From positions 965,292 to 1,005,291 of the forward strand of contig NZ_CP048627.1 in assembly GCF_010669225.1 (NCBI RefSeq): a stretch of DNA of 40,000 nt. Direction: 5' to 3'. A program made the position numbers and the translations under genes. This DNA comes from Megamonas funiformis. Lineage in GTDB: Bacteria > Bacillota > Negativicutes > Selenomonadales > Selenomonadaceae. How positions within the stretch are numbered: the first letter of the stretch is position 1; every line of letters begins with the position of its first letter. Of the stretch, positions 26,807-36,685 are shown one piece after another. The notes under the pieces are model-generated. The model was not told where the DNA came from. It was given only the letters and a program-made list of their open reading frames with translations, and did not search any database.

Positions 26807-29801
26807 TCAAGAATTTTATAGATTAAAGCTAGTTTTATCTATGCAGGATAGGCTTACAGCTAGGCTTAAAAAGATAGATGAAGGCGTTGTGAAGTTTGAG
26901 GAACGTATGGCAAAAACTCAAGCAGTTATGGATAAATTTTCTAATACTAAAGTTGAACCAAGAATAACATTAGACACATCAACTATTGAGGATAGATTGA
27001 ATAAAACTAATGAATTATTAGAAAAAATTGCTAAAAAAACGGTTGAGCCTAAAATAAAACCTAAAGATGAAACTGAGCGTACAACTAGCAAAGTTGAAGG
27101 AAGGTTGCAAAAGCTTACAGCGAAAACATGGGATATAACTATAAAGTTAAAAGATAAAACAATTTCCGGATTAGATAAAATAAACAATGCTCTAACATCT
27201 CCTTTAGGAATTTTGGGAGTTGGTGCTGGTGCTGTTGGTATTGGTGGATTAATTACCAACAGCGCTCAAAAATCTATGGACTTTACAGCTGAAATAAGTA
27301 ATATTAAAGCTCTTACTGGAATGCAAGGTGCAGAAATAGAAGCTGTAAGACAACGTGCTTTAGACTTAGGAAAAAGTACAAAATATAGTGCTTTAGAAGC
27401 AGCACAAGGAATGACTGAATTATTAAAAGCTGGAGTAGATACAAAATCTGTATTGGGTGAAGCTTCACAAGCTGCTTTAGATTTAGCAGCTGCTGGAGAT
27501 TTATCTCTTACAGAAGCAGCAGAGGTTATGAGTACTGCAATGAATGTATTTGGAACAAAAGACGCTACACACGTTGCTGATTTATTAGCAGGTGCAGCGA
27601 ATGCTTCTGCAACAGACGTTCATGAGATGAAATATGCTTTTTCACAAGTAGCAGCTGACGCTCACGGTGTAGGTATGAGTATTGATGATGTTAATGTAGC
27701 TTTGGCTACATTTGCTCAATATGGTCAAAAAGGTGAGAAAGCCGGTACAGGTCTTAGAAATATGCTTAATAATTTACAGCCTCATACTAAGCCTGCTACT
27801 GAAACATTTAGCAAATTTAATTTTCTTGATAGCAATGGAAATAGTGTATTTTATACAGCTGAAGGAAAATTAAAAAGTATGGCTGAAATAGCTGATATAA
27901 TGCAAAAAAATTTAGGAAAATTAAACCCTGCCGAATTAGATATGGCACTATACGATATGTTTGGTGTAGAAGGTAAAGGGCTTGCTAAAGTTATTATGGA
28001 ACAAGGTGCAAAAGCTTTCATTGCAATGGAAAAAGAAATGAAAAAATTTACCGCCTCTAGTGTCGCTTTAGAAAAACTTAATAATGCTAAAGGTGATATA
28101 GAACAATTACGAGGTGCTTTTGAAACCTTTCAAATTGAAGCACTTGCTCCATTAGAACCTGCAATTAGAGCAGTAGCTACAGCTTTTACAGACTTTTTTT
28201 CTAATGCTGATACATTAGAATATGTAAAAAGTAATGTTGCTGGAATATCTGATGAAATAGTTGCATTTATGGATAATCTAGCGAGTGATGAAAAATTTCA
28301 GCAAATGCAGTGGGGCGATAAAATTGTTTTCTTGCTCGACCAAATGATGATAAAAATGGATGAGTGGGCTAGTGGTTCTGGTGGCGAACAATTTGGTAAG
28401 GTGATGACTAAACTTGCAGAAATTGGGATAAAAGCATTTGTTGGCGCACTTACTGGAATGATAAAAGCAGCTTTTAATTCTGCAATAGAGGGTAATTTTA
28501 GCAGTGCAATCTCTCTAGGACTGGGTTCAGCATTTATGGCTTCAATTTTACCATTGAGTGGTATTTTTAAAATAGTCAAAAACACCATTGATTTTGGTAA
28601 AAACATTAAAACAGGTTCTTATTGGCTTGGGGACGCTTATAGCAGTGGAACAAGTACAACATCTAAGATATTAAAGAAAATTCCTGTTATTGGAGCAATA
28701 TTTGACGGATATAGATTCTTAACATCTGATGATAAAGCTAAAACTGGTACTGAAATTATTGGTGGTTGGGGCGGTGCTTGGGCTGGTAGTAAAATCGGTG
28801 CTGGTATAGGTGGTGCGATTGGTTCTATTATTCCTGGTGTGGGTACCGCTATAGGTGCTGGTGTAGGCTCTGTTTTTGGAGGTGTTGGTGGTTATTGGCT
28901 TGGTTCAAATACTGTTAGTTCAATTATTGACCCACAAAATAATTCATTTATGAACGAACATGGACAAAGCCAAATTCAAAATTCTAATATGCAATTAGAA
29001 ACAGCAAAAGCACAATCTGCTATGATGAATGAAATATTAGAAAGTGCTGGAGAAAAAATCAATAGATTAAAAGAACTAGGTGCAGAAGGTTGGAATTCTC
29101 TTGGTGAAAATGCTTCTATGAACCTTGAACGTATGCGTTATGGTTTATCATCAGCGAGGGAAAGCATTTTACAAGCTACTAATACTATTAGTGAGGACTT
29201 TGGCGAAATGTCTAATTCAATTAGTGAATGGTGTTCTACAATAGTTACTGATGTTACAAGTTGGTTTGCTCAAATTCCTGATAGAGTTGGACAAGCTATA
29301 GATGAAGCTGTAGCAAGAGCAAATGCAGGTTTATCTGATTTAAAAATTTCTGCATGGAATGCTTTACCAGCTCCATTACGAGATACTATAGATTGGGGAG
29401 CTAAAAAACTTGGTATTAAAGGCTATGCTAATGGTGGATTTTTAAATCAAGACCAGATAATTCGTGTTGCTGAAGGAAATAATGCTGAAGTAATAATCCC
29501 GTTACATTCTTCAAAACGTCAAAGAGGTTTATCACTTTGGCAACAAGCGGGGCAAATGTTGGGGGTTAATAGTAATTTATTTACCAATGTTACGAATAAT
29601 AATTATATGCCAGCAATGGCTTATGCTTTATCTAGTGGTAATACTAGCGATAATGGCAAATCCAATAACTCTAATAATGCTTTTTCGTTTAATGGTTTAA
29701 ATATTCATATCGGAAATAATAAATCTGATGATGAAATGGCAAGTGCTATAGGTTGGAAAATACTTGCGGAAGTAAAACAAGCATATCAAAATAGGGGTTG
29801 A
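26796..29801 (+). CDS. tail tape measure protein
   Basis: 1001 aa, with a helical A/E/K-rich N-terminal half and a Gly-rich hydrophobic segment (GGWGGAWAGSKIGAGIGGAIG). GTG start follows AAGGAGAA. Confidence 0.9.
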   Translation: MADNQEFYRLKLVLSMQDRLTARLKKIDEGVVKFEERMAKTQAVMDKFSNTKVEPRITLDTSTIEDRLNKTNELLEKIAKKTVEPKIKPKDETERTTSKVEGRLQKLTAKTWDITIKLKDKTISGLDKINNALTSPLGILGVGAGAVGIGGLITNSAQKSMDFTAEISNIKALTGMQGAEIEAVRQRALDLGKSTKYSALEAAQGMTELLKAGVDTKSVLGEASQAALDLAAAGDLSLTEAAEVMSTAMNVFGTKDATHVADLLAGAANASATDVHEMKYAFSQVAADAHGVGMSIDDVNVALATFAQYGQKGEKAGTGLRNMLNNLQPHTKPATETFSKFNFLDSNGNSVFYTAEGKLKSMAEIADIMQKNLGKLNPAELDMALYDMFGVEGKGLAKVIMEQGAKAFIAMEKEMKKFTASSVALEKLNNAKGDIEQLRGAFETFQIEALAPLEPAIRAVATAFTDFFSNADTLEYVKSNVAGISDEIVAFMDNLASDEKFQQMQWGDKIVFLLDQMMIKMDEWASGSGGEQFGKVMTKLAEIGIKAFVGALTGMIKAAFNSAIEGNFSSAISLGLGSAFMASILPLSGIFKIVKNTIDFGKNIKTGSYWLGDAYSSGTSTTSKILKKIPVIGAIFDGYRFLTSDDKAKTGTEIIGGWGGAWAGSKIGAGIGGAIGSIIPGVGTAIGAGVGSVFGGVGGYWLGSNTVSSIIDPQNNSFMNEHGQSQIQNSNMQLETAKAQSAMMNEILESAGEKINRLKELGAEGWNSLGENASMNLERMRYGLSSARESILQATNTISEDFGEMSNSISEWCSTIVTDVTSWFAQIPDRVGQAIDEAVARANAGLSDLKISAWNALPAPLRDTIDWGAKKLGIKGYANGGFLNQDQIIRVAEGNNAEVIIPLHSSKRQRGLSLWQQAGQMLGVNSNLFTNVTNNNYMPAMAYALSSGNTSDNGKSNNSNNAFSFNGLNIHIGNNKSDDEMASAIGWKILAEVKQAYQNRG

Positions 29802-29805
29802 GTAA

Positions 29806-30582
29806 ATGTTTGGTTATTTAAATAAAGGAACAACAGCAACTACTATATTAGATGGATTACAAAAAGGCAGTAAATTTGCAGAAGTTGCAGGAAATTTGTT
29901 AAATCAAGCGTTAGTGGGTAATACATGGGTTAATCCTGTAACAATTTTTATCATTGACCAAGTTACAAGTACGATATTTCAGTTGCCAGTTAATCCGCTA
30001 GAAATAAAAATGCAATGGCAAAGAAAAACACAAACGATAAATATTCTTAATTTAGGAGAAATAGATTTTACTACTGGAGATAAATTACAAGAAATCTCAT
30101 TTAGTTCATTTTTCCCTTCGGAATATGTGCCTACGTATTGTATGTACCCAGAATTACCTACACCAGAAAGTGCTAACGCTGTAATGAATAATTGGAAAAG
30201 TCGTTTTAATGACCCTATAAAAGGATTAGCAGACCCGTTACATTTAATAATAACAGGCGCTCAAGATATAAATATGAATGTATTACTTACATCATATGCT
30301 TCACAAGAAAAAGGGGGAGAACCGGGCGATATTTATTTTGATGTTACTTTTAGAGAATGGAAAAATATTGCTGTTCGTACGAAAAGTGAAGAACAACAAA
30401 GTAAAAGAGTAGCTATAAAAGAACGTCCAAAACTTGTTAAAATAAATACTGATGATGACTTATTTGGTACAGAAGAAAGTCTATGGAAAATTGCCAAACA
30501 GTATTATGGAAATGGTGAAAGTTGGACAAAAATTTTAGAAGCTAATGCAGGACAAATAACAAAGCAGGTGATTCTTCCATGA
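29806..30582 (+). CDS. LysM-domain tail protein (XkdP-like)
   Basis: C-terminal LysM-like ESLWKIAKQYYGNGESWTKILEAN. Lies after the tape-measure gene. Confidence 0.7.
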   Translation: MFGYLNKGTTATTILDGLQKGSKFAEVAGNLLNQALVGNTWVNPVTIFIIDQVTSTIFQLPVNPLEIKMQWQRKTQTINILNLGEIDFTTGDKLQEISFSSFFPSEYVPTYCMYPELPTPESANAVMNNWKSRFNDPIKGLADPLHLIITGAQDINMNVLLTSYASQEKGGEPGDIYFDVTFREWKNIAVRTKSEEQQSKRVAIKERPKLVKINTDDDLFGTEESLWKIAKQYYGNGESWTKILEANAGQITKQVILP

Positions 30583-31604
30583 TTGTTACACCTAGTGTAT
30601 GTCGATATGATGTAATATTGCAAAACAAGTATTTTCTTCGTGAATGTATTCAATTTTTAACATTAGAAGATAGACTTGATGAAGTTGCTTATTGTGGGAA
30701 AGTAAAACTTGCTGTTCCAGATGACCAATTTACAGGACTTCCAATAATTATTCCAGGAATGGAAATACGTATCAGCGGTACAAAATTTGGTGAAAGTAAA
30801 TATTCTTACCTAATTCAGCCCGGTGTGGTATGGGACGTTGAAATCGATAATAGGGAACGTCGAAATTGGAATTTAACCATTTATGACCGAACGATATATT
30901 TATCCAAATCGGAAGACCAATTTTTATTTCAGGAAGGAACGACAGCCAGCGACCGTATAAAACAAATATGCAGTGAATGGAATATACCAATATTAAATAT
31001 TCCAGATACAAAGCAAGCCCTTGCACAAGATGTTGTAAGGGCTAAATCTTTATGGAATATTATTCAGGACCAATTAAAAGAAACGGCGGAGAAGTCTGGA
31101 AAATTGTTTACTGTGCGTATGCAACCAGATGGACTAGAGCTATTTGAAATAGGTTCTAATGTAGACCCATGGGTGTTTGAATTTGCTGTTAATTTACAAA
31201 GTGTTAGGCAGAAACAAACGCTTAATGGTGCAGTTACTAAAGTAAAAGTATTAGGTAAACAAGAAAAAGGTTCTACAGCCCCAATAGAGTTTGAAACAAA
31301 TGCTGATATTGATAAATACGGAACAATACAGAAGGTAATTCCGTATAAAAAAGGATTGGATACAAATGCTATACAACAAAAAGCTACCAATACTTTAGCT
31401 GGTATTCAAGAAACAGTCACAGTTGAGGCTATAGATATTAATACTATTCGTAAAGGTGATAAAGTAATTGTGCAGGGCTGGGAAGATGGCTTATATGTAA
31501 TTAGTGTAAAACATAATTGTAATAGTCCCGGAATAATGCAGATGGAGCTTGCTTCACTTGAATATATAAGGAGGAGATATTATCGAAGTGAAAAATCCTT
31601 TTAA
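30579..31604 (+). CDS. baseplate hub / late-control-D-like tail protein (XkdQ-like)
   Basis: Its 341-aa size and synteny match the PBSX-type order. Confidence 0.6.
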   Translation: MIVTPSVCRYDVILQNKYFLRECIQFLTLEDRLDEVAYCGKVKLAVPDDQFTGLPIIIPGMEIRISGTKFGESKYSYLIQPGVVWDVEIDNRERRNWNLTIYDRTIYLSKSEDQFLFQEGTTASDRIKQICSEWNIPILNIPDTKQALAQDVVRAKSLWNIIQDQLKETAEKSGKLFTVRMQPDGLELFEIGSNVDPWVFEFAVNLQSVRQKQTLNGAVTKVKVLGKQEKGSTAPIEFETNADIDKYGTIQKVIPYKKGLDTNAIQQKATNTLAGIQETVTVEAIDINTIRKGDKVIVQGWEDGLYVISVKHNCNSPGIMQMELASLEYIRRRYYRSEKSF

Positions 31605-31971
31605 AGAATTAGCTGCACTTATTGATGAACAAGCTAAAAAGCGAGTTAATGATGGATTTACAGGACAATGGATTACATCACAAATTGGCACAGTTACAGC
31701 TAAAGGTGTAATGATAGACGGATTTCCTTATGAATTGACGAATGTTTATGTAAATAGAGCTTGTACATTGAACGAGCCATATATGACTAATACTAAAAAT
31801 GTTGCTGGTGGTAGCGGCGACGCACAATATGAAAGCCATAGCCACCCTGTTATAACGCCAACTCCAATATTGCCATTGCATATTGGGGATAGAGTAAAGG
31901 TTACTCCGATTAATGGCGGTCAATATTGGTGTATAGATTGTGTTATAGTTCCGTTTACAGGTGGTGCTTAA
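31588..31971 (+). CDS. baseplate spike/plug protein (XkdR-like)
   Basis: 127 aa, called on synteny. Confidence 0.5.
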   Translation: MKNPFKELAALIDEQAKKRVNDGFTGQWITSQIGTVTAKGVMIDGFPYELTNVYVNRACTLNEPYMTNTKNVAGGSGDAQYESHSHPVITPTPILPLHIGDRVKVTPINGGQYWCIDCVIVPFTGGA

Positions 31972-31973
31972 TT

Positions 31974-32426
31974 ATGCCAGATTTATTTCCAACTGTTGGA
32001 GTAACTAATGCAAAATATATTGATGAGGTTGCTTCTGATAAAGTCAATTATGGAAAAACTGTACAATTTGATTTTGAAAAACATGAATTTATATTAAGTC
32101 CTACTGGTAAACAAAAAACCATTACAGGTTCAAATGCTTGGGCTGAATGGTGTGTAAAAGCTATATCTTCCGAACGATATAAATATCTTATTTATAGTGA
32201 TAATTATGGTGAGGAAATAGATACTTTATTAGGAAAAAGTTATCCTAAAAAAGTAGTAGAAAGTGAAATAAAACGTATGGTAAAAGACTGTTTAATGGCA
32301 GATAAAAGAACTGCTAGTGTTGATAATTTTACTTTTACATGGATTGATGACGGTATAATGTTTACCTGTGATGTTAAAAATACTATTGGTGAAAGTATTA
32401 CTATATCAAGAACGGTGGTGAGATAG
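31974..32426 (+). CDS. baseplate wedge protein (XkdS / gp25-like)
   Basis: ATG 31974 lies right after the upstream stop. The ORF-track start 31926 overlaps the previous gene. Called on synteny. Confidence 0.5.
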   Translation: MPDLFPTVGVTNAKYIDEVASDKVNYGKTVQFDFEKHEFILSPTGKQKTITGSNAWAEWCVKAISSERYKYLIYSDNYGEEIDTLLGKSYPKKVVESEIKRMVKDCLMADKRTASVDNFTFTWIDDGIMFTCDVKNTIGESITISRTVVR

Positions 32427-33112
32427 TGTCCGATGAAATTAATTATTTAGATGAGGTTATGACTACAGAAGAAGCTATTCGTAATAGAATGCTTAACAAT
32501 ATTTCTGATGAATGGGATAAAGAAGAGGGAGGATATATCTACGATAGCATAGCACCTGTAGCTATAGAAATGGTTTTCATTGGGATGATGGTTCGCAAGG
32601 TGCTTAATTTAGGTTTTGCACAAACAACAAATGGGACTTACTTAGATTATAGAGCTGGTGAACATGGTATTTATAGAAAAGAAGCTGTTTTTGCTACTGG
32701 AAATATAAAAATAACAGGTAAAGTAGGGGCGAAGATAAATGCTGGATTAAAAATTGCAACAGAAGCTGATACAACCTTAAATATACAATCCGTAGAATTT
32801 ATTACAACTAAAGATGTTATTATTCCCGAAGATGGATATATTTATGCTCCGATAGAATCAACTGTAGCTGGTAATATTGGCAATGTAACAGCAAATAAAA
32901 TTATTATTTTGGTAGAAAATAATAATAATATAACATCTGTGATAAATACTGAACCAACAACGGGTGGAACAGATGTAGAAAATGATGTCGATTTGTTAGA
33001 ACGTTATCTTGATTATGTACGAACTCCTGGTACCAGTGGTAATGTGCAAGATTATAAGCAATGGGCATTATCTATTCCGGGAGTAACTGCGGTTCATGTT
33101 AAGCCACTTTGA
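32426..33112 (+). CDS. baseplate J-like protein (XkdT-like), N-terminal 228 codons ending at an in-frame TGA
   Basis: GTG start overlaps the upstream stop. Called on synteny. Continues in the same frame after TGA 33110-33112. Confidence 0.65.
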   Translation: MSDEINYLDEVMTTEEAIRNRMLNNISDEWDKEEGGYIYDSIAPVAIEMVFIGMMVRKVLNLGFAQTTNGTYLDYRAGEHGIYRKEAVFATGNIKITGKVGAKINAGLKIATEADTTLNIQSVEFITTKDVIIPEDGYIYAPIESTVAGNIGNVTANKIIILVENNNNITSVINTEPTTGGTDVENDVDLLERYLDYVRTPGTSGNVQDYKQWALSIPGVTAVHVKPL

Positions 33113-33127
33113 AATGGTAATGGGACA

Positions 33128-33550
33128 GTGAAAGTAATTATTTTAGGCGGAGATGATGAGCCTGCAACCGATGAATTGGTTAAAAAGGTTCAAGATTATA
33201 TTGCTGGTGATAATAATTTAGGAGAAAGACAAGCTCCTATTGGAGCAGATGTCACTGTAATTAGTGCAGAAGCTATAACTATAAATATAAATGCTAATGT
33301 TGTTATAGATAAGGAAATAACTACATTAGAAAAAGTGCAAGCACTTTTTAAAAATAGTGTAGAAAACTATTTAAAAGAAAATGCGTTCAATTCTAATACA
33401 ATATATTTGTCTAAAATAGGTGGTTTATTAATAAATATAAATGGTGTATTAGATTATACAGATTTAAAATTAAACAATAACACAGAAAATATACCAACCA
33501 ATGATGAGCAAGTAGCTGTTACTGGTGAGGTGGTATTGAATGAAAAGTGA
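33128..33550 (+). CDS. baseplate J-like protein, C-terminal part (same frame as 32426-33112)
   Basis: Both ORFs are in the same frame (start coordinate mod 3 = 2). The junction reads VHVKPL-stop-NGNGTVKVIILGG. Confidence 0.6.
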   Translation: MKVIILGGDDEPATDELVKKVQDYIAGDNNLGERQAPIGADVTVISAEAITININANVVIDKEITTLEKVQALFKNSVENYLKENAFNSNTIYLSKIGGLLININGVLDYTDLKLNNNTENIPTNDEQVAVTGEVVLNEK

Positions 33551-34553
33551 TAAAGGAAAAGAAATGCTTACTTTTACTGATTGGTATTATCAAGACAGTA
33601 AAATAATGCAAAGTATTTTAGATACACAAGGTATAGAAATAGATGCTATACGAGATAAAATAAAAAATATTTTAGAACAGTTTTATGTAGATACTGCAAC
33701 ATGGGGTTTAGATTTATGGGAAAAAGAACTTAATATACAAGACACTACAGGTAATTACTCTGAGCGTAGAAATCGTATTAAGTTATATTTAGCAAAACCT
33801 GTATCAGTTACACCGAGATTTTTAACTGATTTAGTAAATAGATATTCAGAAAAAAAATCTGCCAAAATAATAGAACATAATTCTGAATATTGTTTTGAAA
33901 TCGAGGTTGCAGCTGATGACAAAATAGACTGGGATAATATAAATAAAAGTATAAACTTATATAAACCAGCACATCTAGGATTTTATACATCATTAAAAAT
34001 ATTTTTATTAACAAAAATAATTAATACTGTAAAAATTATTAATTATTTAAATGCCAACCATAATTTCTGGAATTTGGGCACGGCGGAAAATACGTACTGG
34101 GACGGCGTATGGTGCTGGGACGGCAGTATCGACTGGAGTGGCATAAAACCGGATGCAAAATACAAAGAAAGGCAGTCCCATGTTATAGACATTTTAACTA
34201 AAGTTAATTCTACACAGACCTTTAAGACAGGACAAAGCGCAGATATAACGTATAAAATAACATCTAAGCACAGACTTTTAACAAGCCATAAAGCAGGCAG
34301 TATTTATTATGTAGATATAGACTTAAAACAAAACATTGAACACAGGGCATTAAATACAGGTAAAATTAATGCTATGCAGAGCCGAACCACAGGGAACGCA
34401 AAAAACCTATGGGACGGCTCTTTTTGTTGGGACGGCAGCCACGCATGGAGCGGCGATTACACCTTGCAAAATACACAGATGGAAAATTTATGTACCTGCT
34501 ACAGTATAGATAAAAATGGAAACATGAAGAAAGGAACGTTTGAAAAATTATGA
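33540..34553 (+). CDS. tail protein with DUF2313/XkdU-like N-domain and a 2x W-D-G repeat C-terminal extension
   Basis: The N-terminal region DWYYQDSKIMQSILDTQGIEIDAIRDKIKNILEQFYVDTATWGLDLWEKEL is typical of XkdU / P2 gpI-like proteins. YWDGVWCWDGSIDWSG and LWDGSFCWDGSHAWSG are repeats. Confidence 0.6.
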   Translation: MKSDKGKEMLTFTDWYYQDSKIMQSILDTQGIEIDAIRDKIKNILEQFYVDTATWGLDLWEKELNIQDTTGNYSERRNRIKLYLAKPVSVTPRFLTDLVNRYSEKKSAKIIEHNSEYCFEIEVAADDKIDWDNINKSINLYKPAHLGFYTSLKIFLLTKIINTVKIINYLNANHNFWNLGTAENTYWDGVWCWDGSIDWSGIKPDAKYKERQSHVIDILTKVNSTQTFKTGQSADITYKITSKHRLLTSHKAGSIYYVDIDLKQNIEHRALNTGKINAMQSRTTGNAKNLWDGSFCWDGSHAWSGDYTLQNTQMENLCTCYSIDKNGNMKKGTFEKL

Positions 34554-35023
34554 GCGATACACAAAATATTAATCCGAAACAAACATTGGCAATAAACGGT
34601 GAACCGGCACCGCTGGCAGATTTTAATACAGATACCTTCTTGCAGTCCAATAAGAAAACTACGACTGATTACAGAGCGGCATTTGCACAAGCTATAGGAA
34701 CAACAGGGAGAATAAGTAAAATTGTAAAAATGGCTTTTGGTATAGCAGGGGAAACAGACGAGCAAGGAAATCCTGCACCACCAACAGACAATGGTTCACT
34801 TAATAATGTTGTTTTAACTAAAGATATTACTTCTGTAACTTATCCGTTTGAAACGTCTGTTTGTTTTGAAGCAGAGATTGAAGCCGGAGATTATACGGGA
34901 GATATCAATGAGGTTGCTCTGATTGATGAGGACGACCGCACCGCCGCAAAAATGAGGCTTTTAACAAGTAAAGGTATAGACGCAGAAAGTGGCGCTGTAT
35001 TTCGCTGGACTGTAGAATTTTGA
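34550..35023 (+). CDS. tail-collar-fibre N-terminal-domain-like protein (tentative)
   Basis: KMAFGIAGETDEQGNPAPPTDNGSLNNVV...INEVALIDEDDRTAAKMRL resembles the DUF3751-type fibre N-domain pattern (recalled). Confidence 0.45.
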   Translation: MSDTQNINPKQTLAINGEPAPLADFNTDTFLQSNKKTTTDYRAAFAQAIGTTGRISKIVKMAFGIAGETDEQGNPAPPTDNGSLNNVVLTKDITSVTYPFETSVCFEAEIEAGDYTGDINEVALIDEDDRTAAKMRLLTSKGIDAESGAVFRWTVEF

Positions 35024-35032
35024 GGTGATTAG

Positions 35033-36685
35033 ATGAATAGTGAAGAATTAAAAAAAAATTTTAGCTTATTAATGCCAAGTGAGATAAATGGATTTAAAAG
35101 ACCAAAGGAACCGATAGCTAATGATAATGATTTCTTTTTGGAAGTTCCACAACTAATACAAAAAGACCCAGTACTTTATTCGACCATGAATTTAATATTA
35201 GGAGTACTTGTAAGTAACGATAAGCTACTTAAACAATGGCATGATACATTGCAAAATGTAGTAAATGCTCAAGATTGGCGAGTGGTTACAGATAGTTTAA
35301 AAGGTTATATGACCCCAGAACTAAAGAAAAAATTAGATGGAATTGCTGCTGGAGCTAATAATTATATACACCCAAGCACGCACCCTGCAAGTATGATTAC
35401 TCAGGACACGACCCACCGTTTTGTAACAGATACAGAAAAAACTACATGGAACGGCAAAGCAAGTACAGCAGTTGTATCAACAACGGCAAATGGACTAATG
35501 CCCAAAAGAGATGGTAGTGCAACATCTATTTTTACAGGAGACGGCGTCTGGAAAAGCCTTGCATGGAATTTAATCACAGGAAAACCATCAACATTTGCGC
35601 CGTCTGCTCACAATCATGATAGTAGTTATTTAAAACGTAATCAAACTACTCAAAATGATATGAATGTTTGTACAGTTGAAGGTATTTATCGTTTTAGTGG
35701 AAATTTAAGTAATGCTTGGACTGGTACAAGTTGGGGTACATTATTAGTATTTAATAATAATTATAACGGTGGTAGTGGTACAGGTGGAACTTATTTAGTT
35801 CAAATGGCATTACCAACAGATGGTAGAATATGGATTAGACAGAGAGTTAATACTGAAGCTTGGAGTGGTTGGGTTAAAGTAGCAATTACTTCAGATACTG
35901 TTGCTGGAGCAACTAAAGCTACTCAAGATAGTCAAGGTCAAGCAATAAATACAACATATATAAAAAGTATTACGGCTTCTAATGCTACATTAACTCTAAC
36001 AAAAGGAAATGGGACAACATCTACTGTTACTATTAATAATGTAGGAAATTCTACAAGAGCTACTCAAGATAAAAATGGTAAAGATATTACAGGATATCTT
36101 TATAAAACAGAAGATTTAACATTAAATTCAAATGCTGAAATTTTAACAGTAGGAAATATTTCAGAAATACTCAATTCCTTTTGTACAAAATTTAAACAAA
36201 TTCAAGGAACAGGTACTTATGCTGAAAACTCACCAACAAGCATAAAAAGTTTAAACGATAATAAGGCACCAAAAGCAAGCCCGGCATTTAGTGGCACTCC
36301 GACATCACCTACACCTGCAACAAGCGATAATAGTACAAAAATAGCTACAACTGAATTTGTTAGAAACCTCATCAATCAATTTAAAAATGATGGTACACTT
36401 GGTGGTATTGTTGGTGGTAGCTTAACACAAAATGGTTGGGTTAAATTTAGTAATGGTCTAATTCTACAATGGGGAAGTTCTGACTTTGGAAAAGAAAATA
36501 ATTTTCCTATTAGTTTTAATGTATTATTCGTATTTAACTTTAGCACTTACTCAACATCAGGAGATTATAGTAATAACGGAGATGGTGTAGATAGTATAAC
36601 TTTGATAAATAACACCAAATTTAAAGTAAATCATGGGAGTAATATTAGTAATGCAAAATTATTTTGGATAGCAATAGGAATTTAA
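35033..36685 (+). CDS. tail fibre protein. Its last 73 codons (36467-36685) form the currently expressed tip cassette C0.
   Basis: Contains fibre motifs HPSTHPASMITQDTTHRFVTDTEKTTWNGKA, repeated A(T/R)QD..G..I, and SPAFSGTPTSPTPATSDNSTKIATTEFV. The C-terminal NGWVKFSNGLILQWG is the hallmark entry into a gp53-like tip domain. Confidence 0.85.
   Translation: MNSEELKKNFSLLMPSEINGFKRPKEPIANDNDFFLEVPQLIQKDPVLYSTMNLILGVLVSNDKLLKQWHDTLQNVVNAQDWRVVTDSLKGYMTPELKKKLDGIAAGANNYIHPSTHPASMITQDTTHRFVTDTEKTTWNGKASTAVVSTTANGLMPKRDGSATSIFTGDGVWKSLAWNLITGKPSTFAPSAHNHDSSYLKRNQTTQNDMNVCTVEGIYRFSGNLSNAWTGTSWGTLLVFNNNYNGGSGTGGTYLVQMALPTDGRIWIRQRVNTEAWSGWVKVAITSDTVAGATKATQDSQGQAINTTYIKSITASNATLTLTKGNGTTSTVTINNVGNSTRATQDKNGKDITGYLYKTEDLTLNSNAEILTVGNISEILNSFCTKFKQIQGTGTYAENSPTSIKSLNDNKAPKASPAFSGTPTSPTPATSDNSTKIATTEFVRNLINQFKNDGTLGGIVGGSLTQNGWVKFSNGLILQWGSSDFGKENNFPISFNVLFVFNFSTYSTSGDYSNNGDGVDSITLINNTKFKVNHGSNISNAKLFWIAIGI
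36466..36476 (+). repeat. crossover-core candidate S0 (ACAATGGGGAA) inside the tail-fibre gene
   Basis: An exact copy of the core shared by all cassettes. It encodes (L)QWG in frame. Confidence 0.8.

Noticed and set aside
33110-33112. Genome-wide TGA=Trp (genetic code 4) as an explanation for the in-frame TGA.
   Set aside because: TGA functions as a genuine stop at several tightly coupled gene junctions in this window (for example 9326-9328, 11023-11025, 30580-30582 and 33548-33550).
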